Below are positions 1 to 12,002 of a stretch of 64,000 nt of DNA, one piece after another (the stretch's first letter is position 1; every line of letters starts with the position of its first letter). The notes below the pieces were generated by a model. The model was not told the origin of the DNA and searched no databases. It saw only the letters and a program-made list of their open reading frames with translations. The DNA lies in the NCBI RefSeq assembly GCF_902713615.1, contig NC_052160.1, forward strand, positions 130,919,738-130,983,737, in the 5' to 3' direction. The stretch is from Scyliorhinus canicula (lineage: Eukaryota). The position numbers were made by a program, and so were the translations under genes.

Positions 1-429
1 CTCGTCAAAGATTAGGGATTAGAAACTGCACTTAATCAAATTACTCAGTATGTATTGATAATTCTTTTCAGTCTCTCAATGTCCTCTTCTCCCTCTGGCC
101 TGTTAAAGTGGAATTAATTCAACACACTGCTCACCCTGAAAGAGTGATGACTTTCCACGATCAACTGGAAGTTGATGGCTTGAGTTCACACGAAAACGCA
201 CCTGAGGCAAGCACTTGGTCTGCCAGGGGAAACTGTTTAGAAACCCCAAACTTTTAATTGAAGTATTTTCGGAAATGTTCCGGGCATCCCGATGATGGAC
301 TCTGCTCCCTTAGAATCCCAGAGTGTACTGCACAGCACCAACAACAGGAATAAAGATTGCAGGTTAATATTGGGAATGCTGTACCGATGCTTTGATCTGT
401 CACCATGTCTAGCTGTTTTACCTTAATGG

Positions 430-726
430 TGTCATTGTTTTGCTTCACACACCCAGTCAGGCACAGGGCATATTTTCATTTGTTCCCACAGCGAGGTTTT
501 TCCTGGATCAGACTGCTAATCTGTTACCAGGCGCCATTTCACATCAAGTCTCCCAGGAGTCTTCCCCACTCTTACTGTCTGCCGTTGGTATGTGTCCAAC
601 AGATTTTGCAGGTTGCTATTCAATCTGTAGGGCCGGGTTATGAACGGCCGCCAAGTCCTGGGTTGGGTCTCGATCACGGCACTGCTGGCTGAGAGGCAGC
701 AATGCCAACCATTGCGCTGCAAGACC
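430..726 (-). mobile_element. Degenerate tRNA-derived SINE
   Basis: Minus strand opens with a tRNA-like head carrying A/B-box-like motifs (ggtcttgcagcgcaatggttggcattgc...gatcgagaccc). Confidence 0.55.
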
Positions 727-862
727 TTCTCTTATCTTGATGAAGCTTTGCTTATTGTGTGAGAGACCTGGGATAGTTGGTGTATAGTTTTATTCATAAA
801 GATCTCAGGGTATGCACATGGTTTCCAGGACACAGACTGTTCCGCATGTTGTACTCTAGGAC

Positions 863-1115
863 GGGAGATGGTGGTGTTGTGTTAATGGCATTAGATTAGC
901 ATTGGCATTAGAGGCCAGCCTAATGCTCTGGTGATCTTAAGTCCTGAATATAAAGTTAGTCAAAGTAATGATGACCTTGACAACTTATCATTGTTGTGAA
1001 AACCTATCTGGTTCATTAATGTCCTTTAGGGAAGGAAATCTGCCATCCTTACCTGGTCTGGCCTACATGTGATTCTAGACCCACAGCAATGCGGTTGAAT
1101 CCTAAATGACCTAAC
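863..1115 (+). mobile_element. tRNA-derived SINE, probably MetaSINE-type central domain
   Basis: Core ctggttcattaatgtcctttagggaaggaaatctgccatccttacctggtctggcctacatgtg recurs at about 31900 and 34940, and on the minus strand at about 35850. Confidence 0.75.
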
Positions 1116-1204
1116 AAGCTATGTAAGATCAACAAAAGGAAATGCGGTTCGGTGTCAACCTTTGTTTGATAAAGGTTCTTGGAGCACCTTAAGATGTTTC
1201 AATA

Positions 1205-1370
1205 GATTGAGGAACATACAAGCAGGAGTAAGCCATTCAGCCCCTCCAGCCTGCATTCAACTAGATTATGGATGATCATCTACCTTACTTCGACTTTCCT
1301 GCACTATCGCCATATCCCTTGGTGTCATTCTTATCCAGAGATCTACTGATCTCTGCACTGAATATATTCT
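1205..1370 (-). mobile_element. CR1 LINE 3' tail fragment
   Basis: Pattern gaacatacaagcaggagtaagccattcagcccctc is shared with other CR1 tails in the window. Confidence 0.6.
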
Positions 1371-1388
1371 CCCTACACAGTTCACGTA

Positions 1389-2070
1389 GGGCTAGATCGA
1401 ATGGCCTCATTACGCCTCACTCTATGACACAACAAGGCTGTTAAATCTTGCGAGGGGCCTCTGGATCTGTCCTTCACTGGGCGAGATCCAGATTAACATA
1501 TTTAAGTGGGCCATTAAGCTTATTTAAAATGACAGCGCCCGATTCTCCCTAGGTCTGGGAACTGACTGGGAGACCTGGCCATGGTGCCATTTCGCACTGG
1601 TCCGCACAAACATGGTCTCTCAGAGGTGCGGGTTGTTGGCCTCTGGGCAGGGTGGTACCCTGGCACTCCTGCTGGCACCCAGGCACCTTGGCACTGCCAG
1701 CCTGGCAGGGGCACTGCCAGGTGCCAGGTTGCTCGTGCCAGGGATCGGGCCTGGGGTTCTCTGTCCTGAAGAAGTGGGCTGGGGGGTGGGGCTCGAGGAC
1801 CCTTAAAAGGTAAGTTGGTGCAGTGGGGGAATCTGAAAACCATGGTGGGTTGTCCGAGGAAGGTTGAAAGATTGGGGCGGCATTTAAAAATGAAGGGCCG
1901 ATCTCTTCCTGCACTGAGGAGCTCAGAAAGTGAGGCGTTTCTGACTGAGGCCAAAAAATACCAGAGTCCTTTTTGATAGTGACGTCATTCTCGCCGCTGC
2001 AGGTGAAGAGAAAGACTCTGCTATAGACGCCCAAAACAGGACTCTATTTTTTGAGCGTTAAATTGAACCC
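1389..2070. mobile_element. Old Harbinger-like MITE with GGCACTGCC motifs
   Basis: Degenerate TIRs gggctagatcgaatg / cgttaaattgaaccc; 3-bp flanks gta/ata, consistent with CpG decay. Confidence 0.6.
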
Positions 2071-2629
2071 ATAGTCTTATTGTCCTTTCTTTTTGAAGAA
2101 GGGTGGGTGAGGCTCATGTGGAGCATAAATACCAGCATGGATTATTCAAGCTGAATGGCCTGTGTATGTGCTGTAAAATGTCATCTAATGTCCCAGTTAA
2201 CATTCCTCCCTCAACATCTACCTCTGAAACTAACTGTTAATCCAGCTGAGAGTTGTAATAGAATAGCTAACCCAATTGGCCGCATAACAAGCCTTCCACG
2301 AGCGAATTCACTGCATGAGGTGATTGGGCTCTTTTAAAGTAATAAACCACCTTATAATGACGCTATGTCACTGTTGACACGGTGCCAAGACTGTAATATA
2401 AAGACGATGACAATGTCAGGCTAAACCTGTGTCACTCTTTTGTATTCTACTACCCTCTAATGTTCCCTCATACTCTCCAAACCCTCGTCACACTCTGATT
2501 CAGCCACTGCCCGCCTCTTACCTTCGCCTCATTTTTAGCATTCCATGGCTCAGAGCTTTTAATCTCCGTCACGTCGTCTCACCCCCACCCCCCCTCCCTC
2601 CACCTTCCCCTCCCCACACAAGATGCTGG

Positions 2630-3250
2630 GGGCCCCGAGAGGTCTACATGCATTGACTACGTAAGAATTGCCCAGGAAGTTTGAATATCAATTGGATAAT
2701 TCCCCTGCATCTGAAACATTCCAAAACTTGGATTTTAGGTTGGCAGCATGGGATGGTTTTCGTTTACTTATCAGAAGAGTCGCCTGGGAAAAGCTAGAAG
2801 GACTAAAACCAGTTTGAACGTCCGGATAACTGTGCTGTAATATCCCGCGCGGGACCTGTGGGATATCTTAGTTACCCAATGTATATAAGGTCGGCCAGTA
2901 AGGCACCGACCAAGCAGGAGCACAGCGGGATCTACTGGGTAGTGTATATATCGTTTATATAAATAAAACTTTGTTGGGTGTGGACTCCCCATGTCCTTAT
3001 TAAATATGCTAATAAGCCCCAACTCTCCACTGGATCCTGCGACTGCTCCTCTGACCATTCCGACTCGACTAGACCCTCCCCAACCCGACTAACCCCCAGC
3101 CCTTGACTACACTGACCCCACCACACTGGCTACTTCCATGAACTACCCTATCCTCTCAAACACCTGCCACCCTAACCCCTCACTCACCCACCTGCCACCC
3201 TAACCCCTCACTCACCCACCTGCCACCCTACCCCTCGCCCACTTACCTTA
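2630..3250 (-). repeat. Unclassified dispersed repeat with C-rich tandem part (28-bp unit x3 at about 3160-3245)
   Basis: Reverse complement shares a (t)cctgggcaattct...gtcaatgca block with 13590-13850 and 55200-55480. Confidence 0.5.
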
Positions 3251-3393
3251 CACATTTACCGTCACTCTGTAACTTCTCATAGTGGCTATGGGACATTTTA
3301 ACTTCCCAGAATATCAGGGTGTCCAATATCTGTTATTCTAGATACTAACTATTCAAACTCTTTGATTTGATTCCAGTCTGTAACTCACTCCAC

Positions 3394-5801
3394 GGGCTGG
3401 ATTCTCTGACCCCCGCCGGGTCGGAGAATCGCCGGGGGGGGGGGGGGGGGGGGGGCGGCGTGAATCCTGCCCCTCCCGTCTCCCCAAGTCTCTGGCACCA
3501 GAGATTTGGCGGGGGCGGGAATCGCGCCGCGCCTGGCGGCAGGCCCCTCCGGCGAATCTCCGGCCCGCGATGGGTCAAAGTCCCGCTGCTGTCATGTCGG
3601 TCCTGTCGGCGGGAATCAAAACACCTCCCTTACCTGCGGGACAGACGGCACGGGCAGGCTCAGGGGTCCTGGGGTGATCTGGCAGGGGCGCAGGGCGATC
3701 TGGCACCGGGGGGGGGTGACCCCACGGTGGCCTGGCCCGCGATCGGGGACCACTGATCGGCGGGAGGGCCTGTGCCGTGGGGGAGCTCTTTTCCTTCCGC
3801 GTTGACCATAGCCTTCACAATGGCGGAGGCGGAAGTGACCCCCTCCCCTGCGCATGCGTGGGGATGATGTCAGCAGCCGCTGACGCTCCAGTGCATGTGC
3901 GGACTTCTGCCAGCTGGCAAAGTCCCTTCAGCCCCGGCTGGCATGACGCCAAAGGCCTTTGCCGCCGGCCGGCGGAGCGCCAACCACTCCGGCGCGGGCC
4001 TAGCCACTCAAGGTTAGAGCTTGGCCCCTAAAGGTGCGGAGGAGGATATGGGGGAAGGGGGGATATAGGGGAATGGGATATGGGGGTAGGGGGGAAATGG
4101 GGGAATGGGATATGGGGGTAGGGGGGATATGGGGGAAGGGGGATATGGGGGAAAGGGGGATGGGGAAGGGGATATGTGGGAAGGGGATATGGGGAAGGGG
4201 GAATATGGGCAAAGGGGGATATGGGGGAATGGGATATGGGGGTAGGGGGGATATGGGGGAAGGGGATATGGGGAAGGGGGATATGGGGGAAGGGGGATAT
4301 GGGGGAAGGGGGGATATGGGGGAAGGGGGGATGGGGAAGGGGGTTGGGGAAGGGGGATATGAGGGAAGGGGGATATGGGGAAGGGGGAATATGGGGGAAG
4401 GGGATATGGGGAAGGGGGGATATGGGGGAAGCGGGATATGGGGAAGGGGGAATATGGGGGAAGGGGATATGGGGAAGGGAGGATATGGGGGAAGGGGGGA
4501 ATATGAGGGAAGGGGGATGGGGAAGCGGGAAAGGTGGGCAGGCATTGGGGGTTCTCACTTGGCGCTGCGCGGCGGATGACCATTTTGCCGGGTCTCCGGG
4601 GGGGGGGTGTCTTTTGTGGAGTGACGGGTGACGCCGACGCGAATGGCGACACGCTGTTACTAGTCCATTCCGGGCTGGAGAATTTGCGATGCTTCGGGGT
4701 GGCCCGAGTGGCGGAACAGGGGGGAAGGGGGATAAGGGGGAAGGGGGGATATGAGAAGGGGATATGGGGGAAGCGGGATATGGGTGATGGAGTATATGGG
4801 GAAGGGGTTATGAGGGCAGGGGGATATTGGGGAAGGGCGATATGGGGAAAGGAGATATGGTTAAGGGGGAAGGGGGGATATGGGGGAATGGGGTATGGGG
4901 GTGGGGGATATGGGGGAAGGGGATATGGGGTAGTGGGGATATGGGGGAATGGAATATGGGGGTAGAGGATATGGGGGAAGGGGGGATATGGGGTAGGGGA
5001 TATGGGGGAAGGGGATATGGGGGAAGGGGATATGGGGAAAGGAGATATGGTTAAGGGGGATGGGGGGATATGGGGGAATGGGTATGGGGGTGGGGGATAT
5101 GGGGGAAGGGGATATGGGGGTAGTGGGGATATGGGGGAATGGAATATGGGGGTAGAGGATATGGGGGAAGGGGGGATATGGGGTAGGGGATATGGGGGAA
5201 GGGGATATGGGGGAAGGGGATATGGGGGAATGGGATATGGGGAAGGGGGATATGGGGGAAGGGGGATATGGGGGAAGGGGGGATATAGGGGAAGGGGGAT
5301 ATGGGGAAGGGGATATGGGGGAAGGGCGATATGGGGAATGGGATATGGGGTAGGGGATATGGGGGAAGGGGATATGGGGAAGGGGGGAATATGGGGGGAA
5401 GGGGGTATGGGGAAGGGGGGATATGGGGAATGGGATATGGGGTAGGGGGATCTGGGGGAAGGGGGATATGGGGGATATGGGGGAAGGGGGGAATATGGGG
5501 GAAGGGGATATGGGGGAAGGGGGGAATATGGGGGAAGGGGGTATGGGGAAGCAGGAAAGGTGAGCAGGCAGTGGGGGGTCTCACTTGGCGTTGCGCGGCG
5601 GGTGACCATTTTGCTGGGTCTCCGGGGGGGGTGTCTTTTGTGCTGTGATGGGTGACGCCGACGCGAATGGCGGCACGCTGCTACTAGTCCATTCCAGGCC
5701 GGAGAATTCGCAATGTTTCGGTGGGCCTGACGCCAGAGTGATTTGCGCCATTTTTGGCGCCGGGTTCGGGCCATCGTGCCGATTCATGGAGAATCCCACC
5801 C
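3394..5801. mobile_element. Composite Harbinger-type MITE containing a G-rich minisatellite
   Basis: Left TIR gggctggattctc at 3394; right TIR ggagaatcccaccc ends at 5801; flanks cac/cct do not match. Confidence 0.75.
4040..5555 (+). repeat. G-rich minisatellite (about GGGGATATGGGGGAA)n in two blocks (4040-4525, 4720-5550)
   Basis: Many near-identical 15-17 bp units are directly visible. Confidence 0.95.
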
Positions 5802-6602
5802 CCTGATTAGATTCCAGTCTGCAACTCATTCCAAGATTTGTTATTCTTTATATAAACCACTCAAACCCTTTAATTAGATCCCATCCTGTAAGTCACTCCT
5901 GGGTATGTAATCCTATATATAAACAGCCGAACCCCCCATTTAGATTCCAGCCTGGAACACACTCTTGCATATTTATGACTAAATATATAAAGCTACTGAT
6001 TACATCCTGTGACTCAGCTCCAATTATCCTTTGGACCATATTTAATTGTGGAGTAAAACGTGTGTTGCTTTTCCTGCCAACCGATCCTTTGTCACAATGC
6101 AAGCTGGATCAGAGATCAATGTATCGATGTTCTCGCCATTCTGATGTGTCCTCTCGCTGCCCTTGTTTTAGATTAGAAAACTGTGATTTAACATTCACTG
6201 TCTGTTCTTGGGGCTGCAACAGGCCCTCCTTGTTGCTACACAAGAACAAGAAAAAACCTTACAGCTACAGCCAGTAAGGAATCCTGTTCCACTGTCAAAA
6301 TTCACACCATAAAAAAACCTAAGAGAAAGGAGCATGGGGGCGGCCAGAGGGCCCTTCAACCTGTTCTACCAATCAGCAAGATCATGGCTGAACCTGACCT
6401 CACCTCTTCCTTGCTCAACCCCCATGGTTCCCATAAAGTCCAAAAAAATCTATAGATCTCAGCCTTGAATATATTTAATACTCGAACCTGCACAGTCCTC
6501 TAGAGAATTCCAAAGATTCGCAACATTCTGGGTGAAGATATTTCTCCTCATCCCAGTTCTAAGTGGCCAGCACCTACCCTGTCAAACCCTCTCAGGTTTT
6601 AC

Positions 6603-7341
6603 GGGCGCGATTCTCCCAGACAGGGAGTAATCGTAAGGCTGGCGTCAAATCCGGGCGGGTTTGACGCCAGCCTCCCCCTCCCCGACCGGGAACCGATTCT
6701 GGTCCCCGGTCGGGGCTAGTATGCCGCGGCCGTGAACTCCGGCATCGCGGGCTTAATGAATTTCGTTAAGCCCGCTTGCCAGAGTTTGCGCCGGCTGACG
6801 CGTCACATGACGTCAGCCACGCATGCGCAGATTGGAAGACTCCAACCCGCGCATGCGCCGACGACGTCATCGCGCATTTGCGCGAAACCCGCGCATGCGC
6901 AGTCCGGGATGCCCCTCAGCCGCCCTGCGAAGTGATACAGCGGGGCGGCGGAAGGACAAAGAGTGCGCGGGAATCGGACCTGCTGACCGCGATTGGTGGG
7001 CACCGATCGCGGGCCCATGGCACCCTTGGCACGGCCGTGGTACTGCCGTGCCAATCGGTGCCATGGTTTTCAAAATCGGGACTTTACGGCCGTTTTTACG
7101 AACGGCCAGACCAGGTGTGTTTGCCGTTCGTAAAAACAGCCGTAAAGGGCTTGGACTTCGGCCCATCGGACAGCTGAGAATCGCTGCTGGCCGTAAAAAA
7201 ACGGCGGCAGCGATTCGTGTCAGGAGTCGGGCGTGGGGGGGGGGGGGGGAGAATAGCGGGAGGGCATCAGACTAGAGTGGCCGTAAAAATTTACGAACCC
7301 CGCTATTCTCCGCACCGTCGTGAGTGCGGAGAATTGCGCCC
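6603..7341. mobile_element. Harbinger-type MITE
   Basis: TIRs gggcgcgattctcc / ggagaattgcgccc; perfect 3-bp TSD TAC. Confidence 0.92.
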
Positions 7342-7384
7342 TACATGTTTCAATGAGATTGCATTCATTCTCATGGAGAATAAG

Positions 7385-8072
7385 GGGCGAGATTCTCCGA
7401 TCCCGCGCCGGGAGAATCGGGGGGGGGGGGGGCACGAATCCCATGACGTTGCTCTGACGCCGGTCCGCCGATTCTTCAGCGACCGGAGAATCAGCGGCAA
7501 TGGCGCCGGCGCGGTTGCTACAGCGCCAGTCGGGGGCCGCCCACCGCGGCTCCCCCGGCGATTCTCCGACGGGCCGAGTGCCCGCCGAGTTCGGCCGAGT
7601 CCCGCCGCCATCGTTCGCTTGTGGTCCTACCTGGCGGGACTTCGGCGTTCATGCTGCGGGGGCCGTCCTGGTGTGGGGGAGGGGGATCTGACTTTGGGGG
7701 TAGGGGGGCTCCACGGTGGCCTGGCCCACGATTGGGGCCGACCAATCGGAGGGCTGGCTAATCCGGGGGGGGGGGGGGGGAGGGCTTACGTTCCTCCGCA
7801 CCAGACCCCATGTCGCCCGGGGGCCGGCACGGAGAAGGCAACCCACGCGCATGCACGGACTCGCGTCAGCCGCGATGCGCATGCGCGGACCTGCGCCGCC
7901 CGTGTTGCCACCCGTGTCGACAGCTGGACCTGCATGAAGCGCTCCATTGCCGTGCTGACCCCCTGTACGGCGCAGGGTCGCTGCTCCTAGGGGCCAGATG
8001 ACACCGTCCTTAAAACGCTCCGCCATTTATGACGCCGTCAACACTTAGCCCCAGGATCGGAGAATCCCACCC
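7385..8072. mobile_element. Harbinger-type MITE
   Basis: TIRs gggcgagattctcc / ggagaatcccaccc; perfect TSD AAG. Confidence 0.92.
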
Positions 8073-8331
8073 AAGGACTCTGGAGAACAGTGACCCATTC
8101 TAATCAATCTCTCCTCACTAGAAACTCTCTCATTCCAAGGAATCCACTTATTGAATCTTTGATGTGCCCTCTCTTTGAGGCAAATTTATGCTTCCTTTAT
8201 TACAGAGATCAAAATAGTACACGATACTCCAGGTGCGGACTCACTAAAGCTCTGTATAATTGTAGCAAATCTTTTTCACTCCAACCCCTTCCAAACTGGG
8301 CCAAATACTATTTGTCTCCTTCATTACTTCC

Positions 8332-8573
8332 TGTCGAAGTACCATCAGGAACAGTCTTAGGGTATGCTTAATAGGCACCATTGCAAGCAAGGCCTTCAGA
8401 AACTTTCAAACATTAACTAGACACAACTATGTACAGGGATAGATAAGCAAAGGCTCCTTCCAGAACCATCTCTCTCTGAGTTCCAGAGACGTGACTGATA
8501 TAATTGATGATATATGTTATCTGATAACGTACTTGCTATTAACCCTTATACTACACCCCCCCCCCCCCCCCTC
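8332..8573 (-). mobile_element. Gypsy 3' LTR (8332-8555) with polypurine tract (8556-8573)
   Basis: On the minus strand a G-run precedes tgtagtat...cttcgaca; the preceding peptide SRIKDFAEGGGG resembles a Gypsy pol terminus. Confidence 0.7.
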
Positions 8574-9460
8574 CGCAAAGTCTTTTATTCTACTCATCAA
8601 ATATTTACACATCCTACGTCCGCCCCCACCTTCCCAGTCTGTTCCACCAGGGTTATCCATCTCCAACTGTGTTCTCAGCTCTCTTAAATGTAGTGTAGGC
8701 TCTATGTTCCCTATATTCTTCCTGGATAGCACTTAAATCAGTAGACAGCGATTCCTGTTTCTAACGTACAGCATAAAGATGATGAACGCATGTTCTTTTT
8801 ATCTTCTTTTTCGTTCTCCCTTTAAAGATCACGCCGCTGCCTGCTCTTTCCCGAAGGAACGAGACTTGACCAGTTTCCATTAAGGTTTGCACAGCTGTAT
8901 TGGGTCTGCTATATTCCGATCCAGCAGCTCCATTGTCTGGCCAAAGTATCTGTTGTTTAAGTGCGTTCCATGGTTCCTGTACCCGTAATCAGATGCTGGG
9001 CAATCCCAAAGTACATTCAAGAGTGGAACTGATGGACAAACAGAAGAACAAAGATATTCTCAAGCGGAGTTGATGCTGCCTTTGTTAATACAGTAGGGTT
9101 TTGTCTTTCTGAATGCGGCTGTTTTGCATGTGCACAAAGTCTGCTTTCGCATTTGTGTGGGTTTGCTGTTCATTAGGTTTTGGCATCTCGAGAGCTTCAG
9201 CAGTCGAGGCCACATCTGAAATAGAGCTGAATGTCACCTCAGGTCCTGTTACTATGCAGTGTTTTAGTGTGTTATGGTGTTGTTCAGCTGCCTCCACTAG
9301 ATTTGGAAGAGGTATACTTCCATGTGCATCTGAAATGTGTGCGAGATCAGTATTTAATACATCAGAAATTTCAGTCGATTCCTTTTCAGTCTTGACATTG
9401 GAATTTGGGGAGTCAGTCTTGTGTTCCACAATTGCCTCACAAGTCATTGTTGGAGATTAT

Positions 9461-9898
9461 GGGCTGGATTCTCAGATCCTGCGGCTATGTCCACGCCACC
9501 CCCTGCACCGATCCTCCGGCCGTTGGGGGGGGCTAGCAGCCATGCTGCGTAAAGCCCCCGGCCTGCCCCCCTGTAGCCAGCCCCAGTCCTTGCTGAAGCC
9601 CTCCCTGCCAGCGGAATGGCTCCACCTGGACTGCGGCGCTGCTGGACACAGTCCGCAGCCGCCACGCGAGGTCCCCAAACGTTGTGAGCACACGTGTGCC
9701 ACGCCGTCGGGGACTAGGTCCATCGGGGGGGGCATCATGGGCGGGCCTCAGGTGATGTTCTGAGGCCGCCCATACGGCGTGCGGTGCACTCGCCAAGCAC
9801 GCCGTTTTGGAGGGGGCGGAGCATCGCAAAGACAGCACCCCCCCCGATTCTGGCGGAAACGGTGATGCCTCGGCATTGGCCATCGGAGAATCCCGCCC
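9461..9898. mobile_element. Harbinger-type MITE inside a Gypsy relic
   Basis: TIRs gggctggattctc / ggagaatcccgccc; flanks tat/tgt. Confidence 0.85.
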
Positions 9899-10646
9899 TG
9901 TGTTCCTGGTTTCTCTCTGTGAGAGTCAACAACTGCCCCAGACTGTTTTACCAGAATAGTCGGTGTCTTTATGAGAATGGTCAGGCCGATTGGCACCCTG
10001 CTCACACTCATCAGGAATATTCTGGTCACACACATTTATGTCATCGGGTTATTGACTTCATCAACCCTCTCTTCAAAATGTCGCGTGAGGTCGAGGGTTT
10101 CCACCCCTGGCTGGCCACTGCGGTCAGTGGCGTTCACGTCTCCGTCTTTAATCAACTTCTCCTCAAAGAGAAATGCAAATCCCAGAATGACCTCCTGAGG
10201 CTGTGGAGCTTCCTCTACGCAGACTGGTTCAAACCACTGTGGGTTAACTTGGGTTTCCACTGCTACTGGTGAGTAAGGAAGCTGCTAAATATACAAGCTT
10301 TTCCACTTAATAAAGAGCAATCTTGGGTGCGAATAACGTAGACAATGTCGGTAAGTTCACTTTCCTCACATTGAGGTGTGGCCGTCACCTGCCCTTAGCA
10401 CCAGGAGCAGAGTGTCCCGGACCGTGAAGGTGAGTCGCATATGGTTGGAGAAACCTGGGCTTCAGCCACTGTGCTGGACACACGGGCTCCTTTGTCCAAC
10501 TTAAAATTGATTTTGTGGCCGTTGATTAAGGTATCTGTTCTCCAACAGTTCTCCTTGGATTTTGCAACTTCATCCAAGAAAGACCACTTTGTATCCCTCG
10601 GTATCTTCTTCTTCTTGGAACCTGTCATAAAATACATCCAGGTATA

Positions 10647-11025
10647 TGATGGTGTGCAGATGGCAGTGATTGACACACAGGATGACCAATGAACACAGAG
10701 AACACAGCAGCCAATCACCAGACAGGACACGACCACTATAAAGCCAGAGGGCACTAGTTTTCCCGCTCTCTCGGGATGCAGCCTCTGAGACAGTCAGAGC
10801 TTGTGACCAACAACTAGAACATACACCATGTGGTAGTGAGATAGTCTGGCCAGGTTAGCCTCAGGTCTCCAGTCAAGTCAGCATAGTGTCAACCCACAGT
10901 TAAAGCACGTATGATAGTTAAGAGTTCAATAAAATCGAGTTGCATTTCTTCAAGTGTTGGAAGCCTGTCTCTCTCACCACTGCAGTAAACGCAATCCTCG
11001 CAGGCCCAGCTTACCCAACACATCA
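10647..11025 (+). mobile_element. Solo LTR
   Basis: TGATG...CATCA termini; two CCAAT boxes, TATAAA at about 10737 and AATAAA at about 10928; no clear TSD. Confidence 0.8.
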
Positions 11026-11657
11026 GATCCGATTAGTCTTCCTTTAAATTTTGGACTAAAAAGGGTTGTGCTAAGGCATACCGCTTTGAAATGGCCTCAC
11101 CTCCTGCAGAAATCTCACTCTTCATGTGTGGTGCAATAGCCTTCGTGCCTGTAATAACTTGAGGGAGGAGCAGGTGAATACGAGACTCTTGCTAACTTGT
11201 CGTATAGATCTTCAATTTTGGGAATGGGGTATTTGTCTAACTTTGCTGCTCTGCTGACAGTCAGTTTGTAGCCACCACATAGACATAGGGTCTGGTGCCG
11301 CTTGGGAACTGGGACGATGGATGTGGCCCACTCCGAAAACTGGACAGGCTGAATTATTCCCAGGTTTCCCAACCTACATAACTGTGTTTCCATGTTTCTT
11401 TCAGTGAGTAAGACATTGGCCTAGGTTTGAAGAATTGTGGGGTTGCCAGGGGATTGACGTGTATTTTAGCTTACATGCGCTCCAGTTCTCCCAATTCATC
11501 TGGAAAAACAGTGTCATATTTCTCCAAGACCTCTGTAATTCTACCAGACTTCAAATGGAATATTTCTAACTAGTCTAGTTTGATATTTGGAAGCCAAACC
11601 CAAAAGGGAGTGCTCCTTCTCTCAATGGCCATCACAGGAGGCTGGGCTATATGCTAT

Positions 11658-12002
11658 TCATAGAATTATAGAATCTCTGCATGCAGAAGGAGGCCATTCG
11701 GCCCATCAAGTCTGTATCAACCCTCTGAAAGGGAGCGCCCTACCTAGACCCATGTCCCCCATCACCCTATCCCTGTAACCCCACCTAACCGTTGGACACT
11801 AATGAACAATTTTAGCATGGGCAATCAACCTATCCTGCACGTCTTTGGACTGTGTGAGGAAACCGGAGCGCCCGGAGGAAACCCACGCAGACACGGGGGG
11901 AACGTGCAGACTCCACGCAGATAGTCACCCGAAGCTGGAATTGAACCGGGGGCCCTGGTGCTGTGAGGCAGCAGTGCTAACCACTGTGCCACCGTGCTGC
12001 CC
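11658..12002 (-). mobile_element. HE1-type V-SINE, full length
   Basis: tRNA head gggcagcacggtggcacagtggttagcactgctgcctcacag, V-domain tgcgtgggtttcctccggg and CR1-like tail. Confidence 0.93.

Larger units (their letters stand above)
3325..6030 (+). repeat. Degenerate 66-67 bp tandem satellite, interrupted by a composite MITE
   Basis: Unit gattccagtctgtaactcactcc...tgttattc..tataaacc starts at about 3369, 5810, 5877 and 5943. Confidence 0.75.
6310..8330 (-). mobile_element. CR1 LINE 3' fragment interrupted by two MITEs
   Basis: CR1 tail at about 6310-6400; RT C-terminal sequence continues across the insertions to about 8330. Confidence 0.65.

Noticed and set aside
130-205. Possible minus-strand exon (VRFRVNSSHQLPVDRGKSSLFQ then GTGAGC)
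   Set aside because: Short, unrecognised peptide with no partner exons; compatible with chance.
4014-5774. 586-aa Pro-rich ORF and overlapping Gly-rich ORFs resembling extensin or keratin-associated proteins
   Set aside because: They are translations of the G-rich minisatellite, open in most frames on both strands and lying inside a MITE.
5802-6030. CRISPR-like periodic repeat
   Set aside because: Whole 66-67 bp units are homologous with no unique spacers, the context is eukaryotic, and no cas genes are present.
6603-8072. Apparent CpG-island promoter
   Set aside because: The CpG-rich span is bounded exactly by TIRs and TSDs of two MITEs, and no adjoining exon was found.
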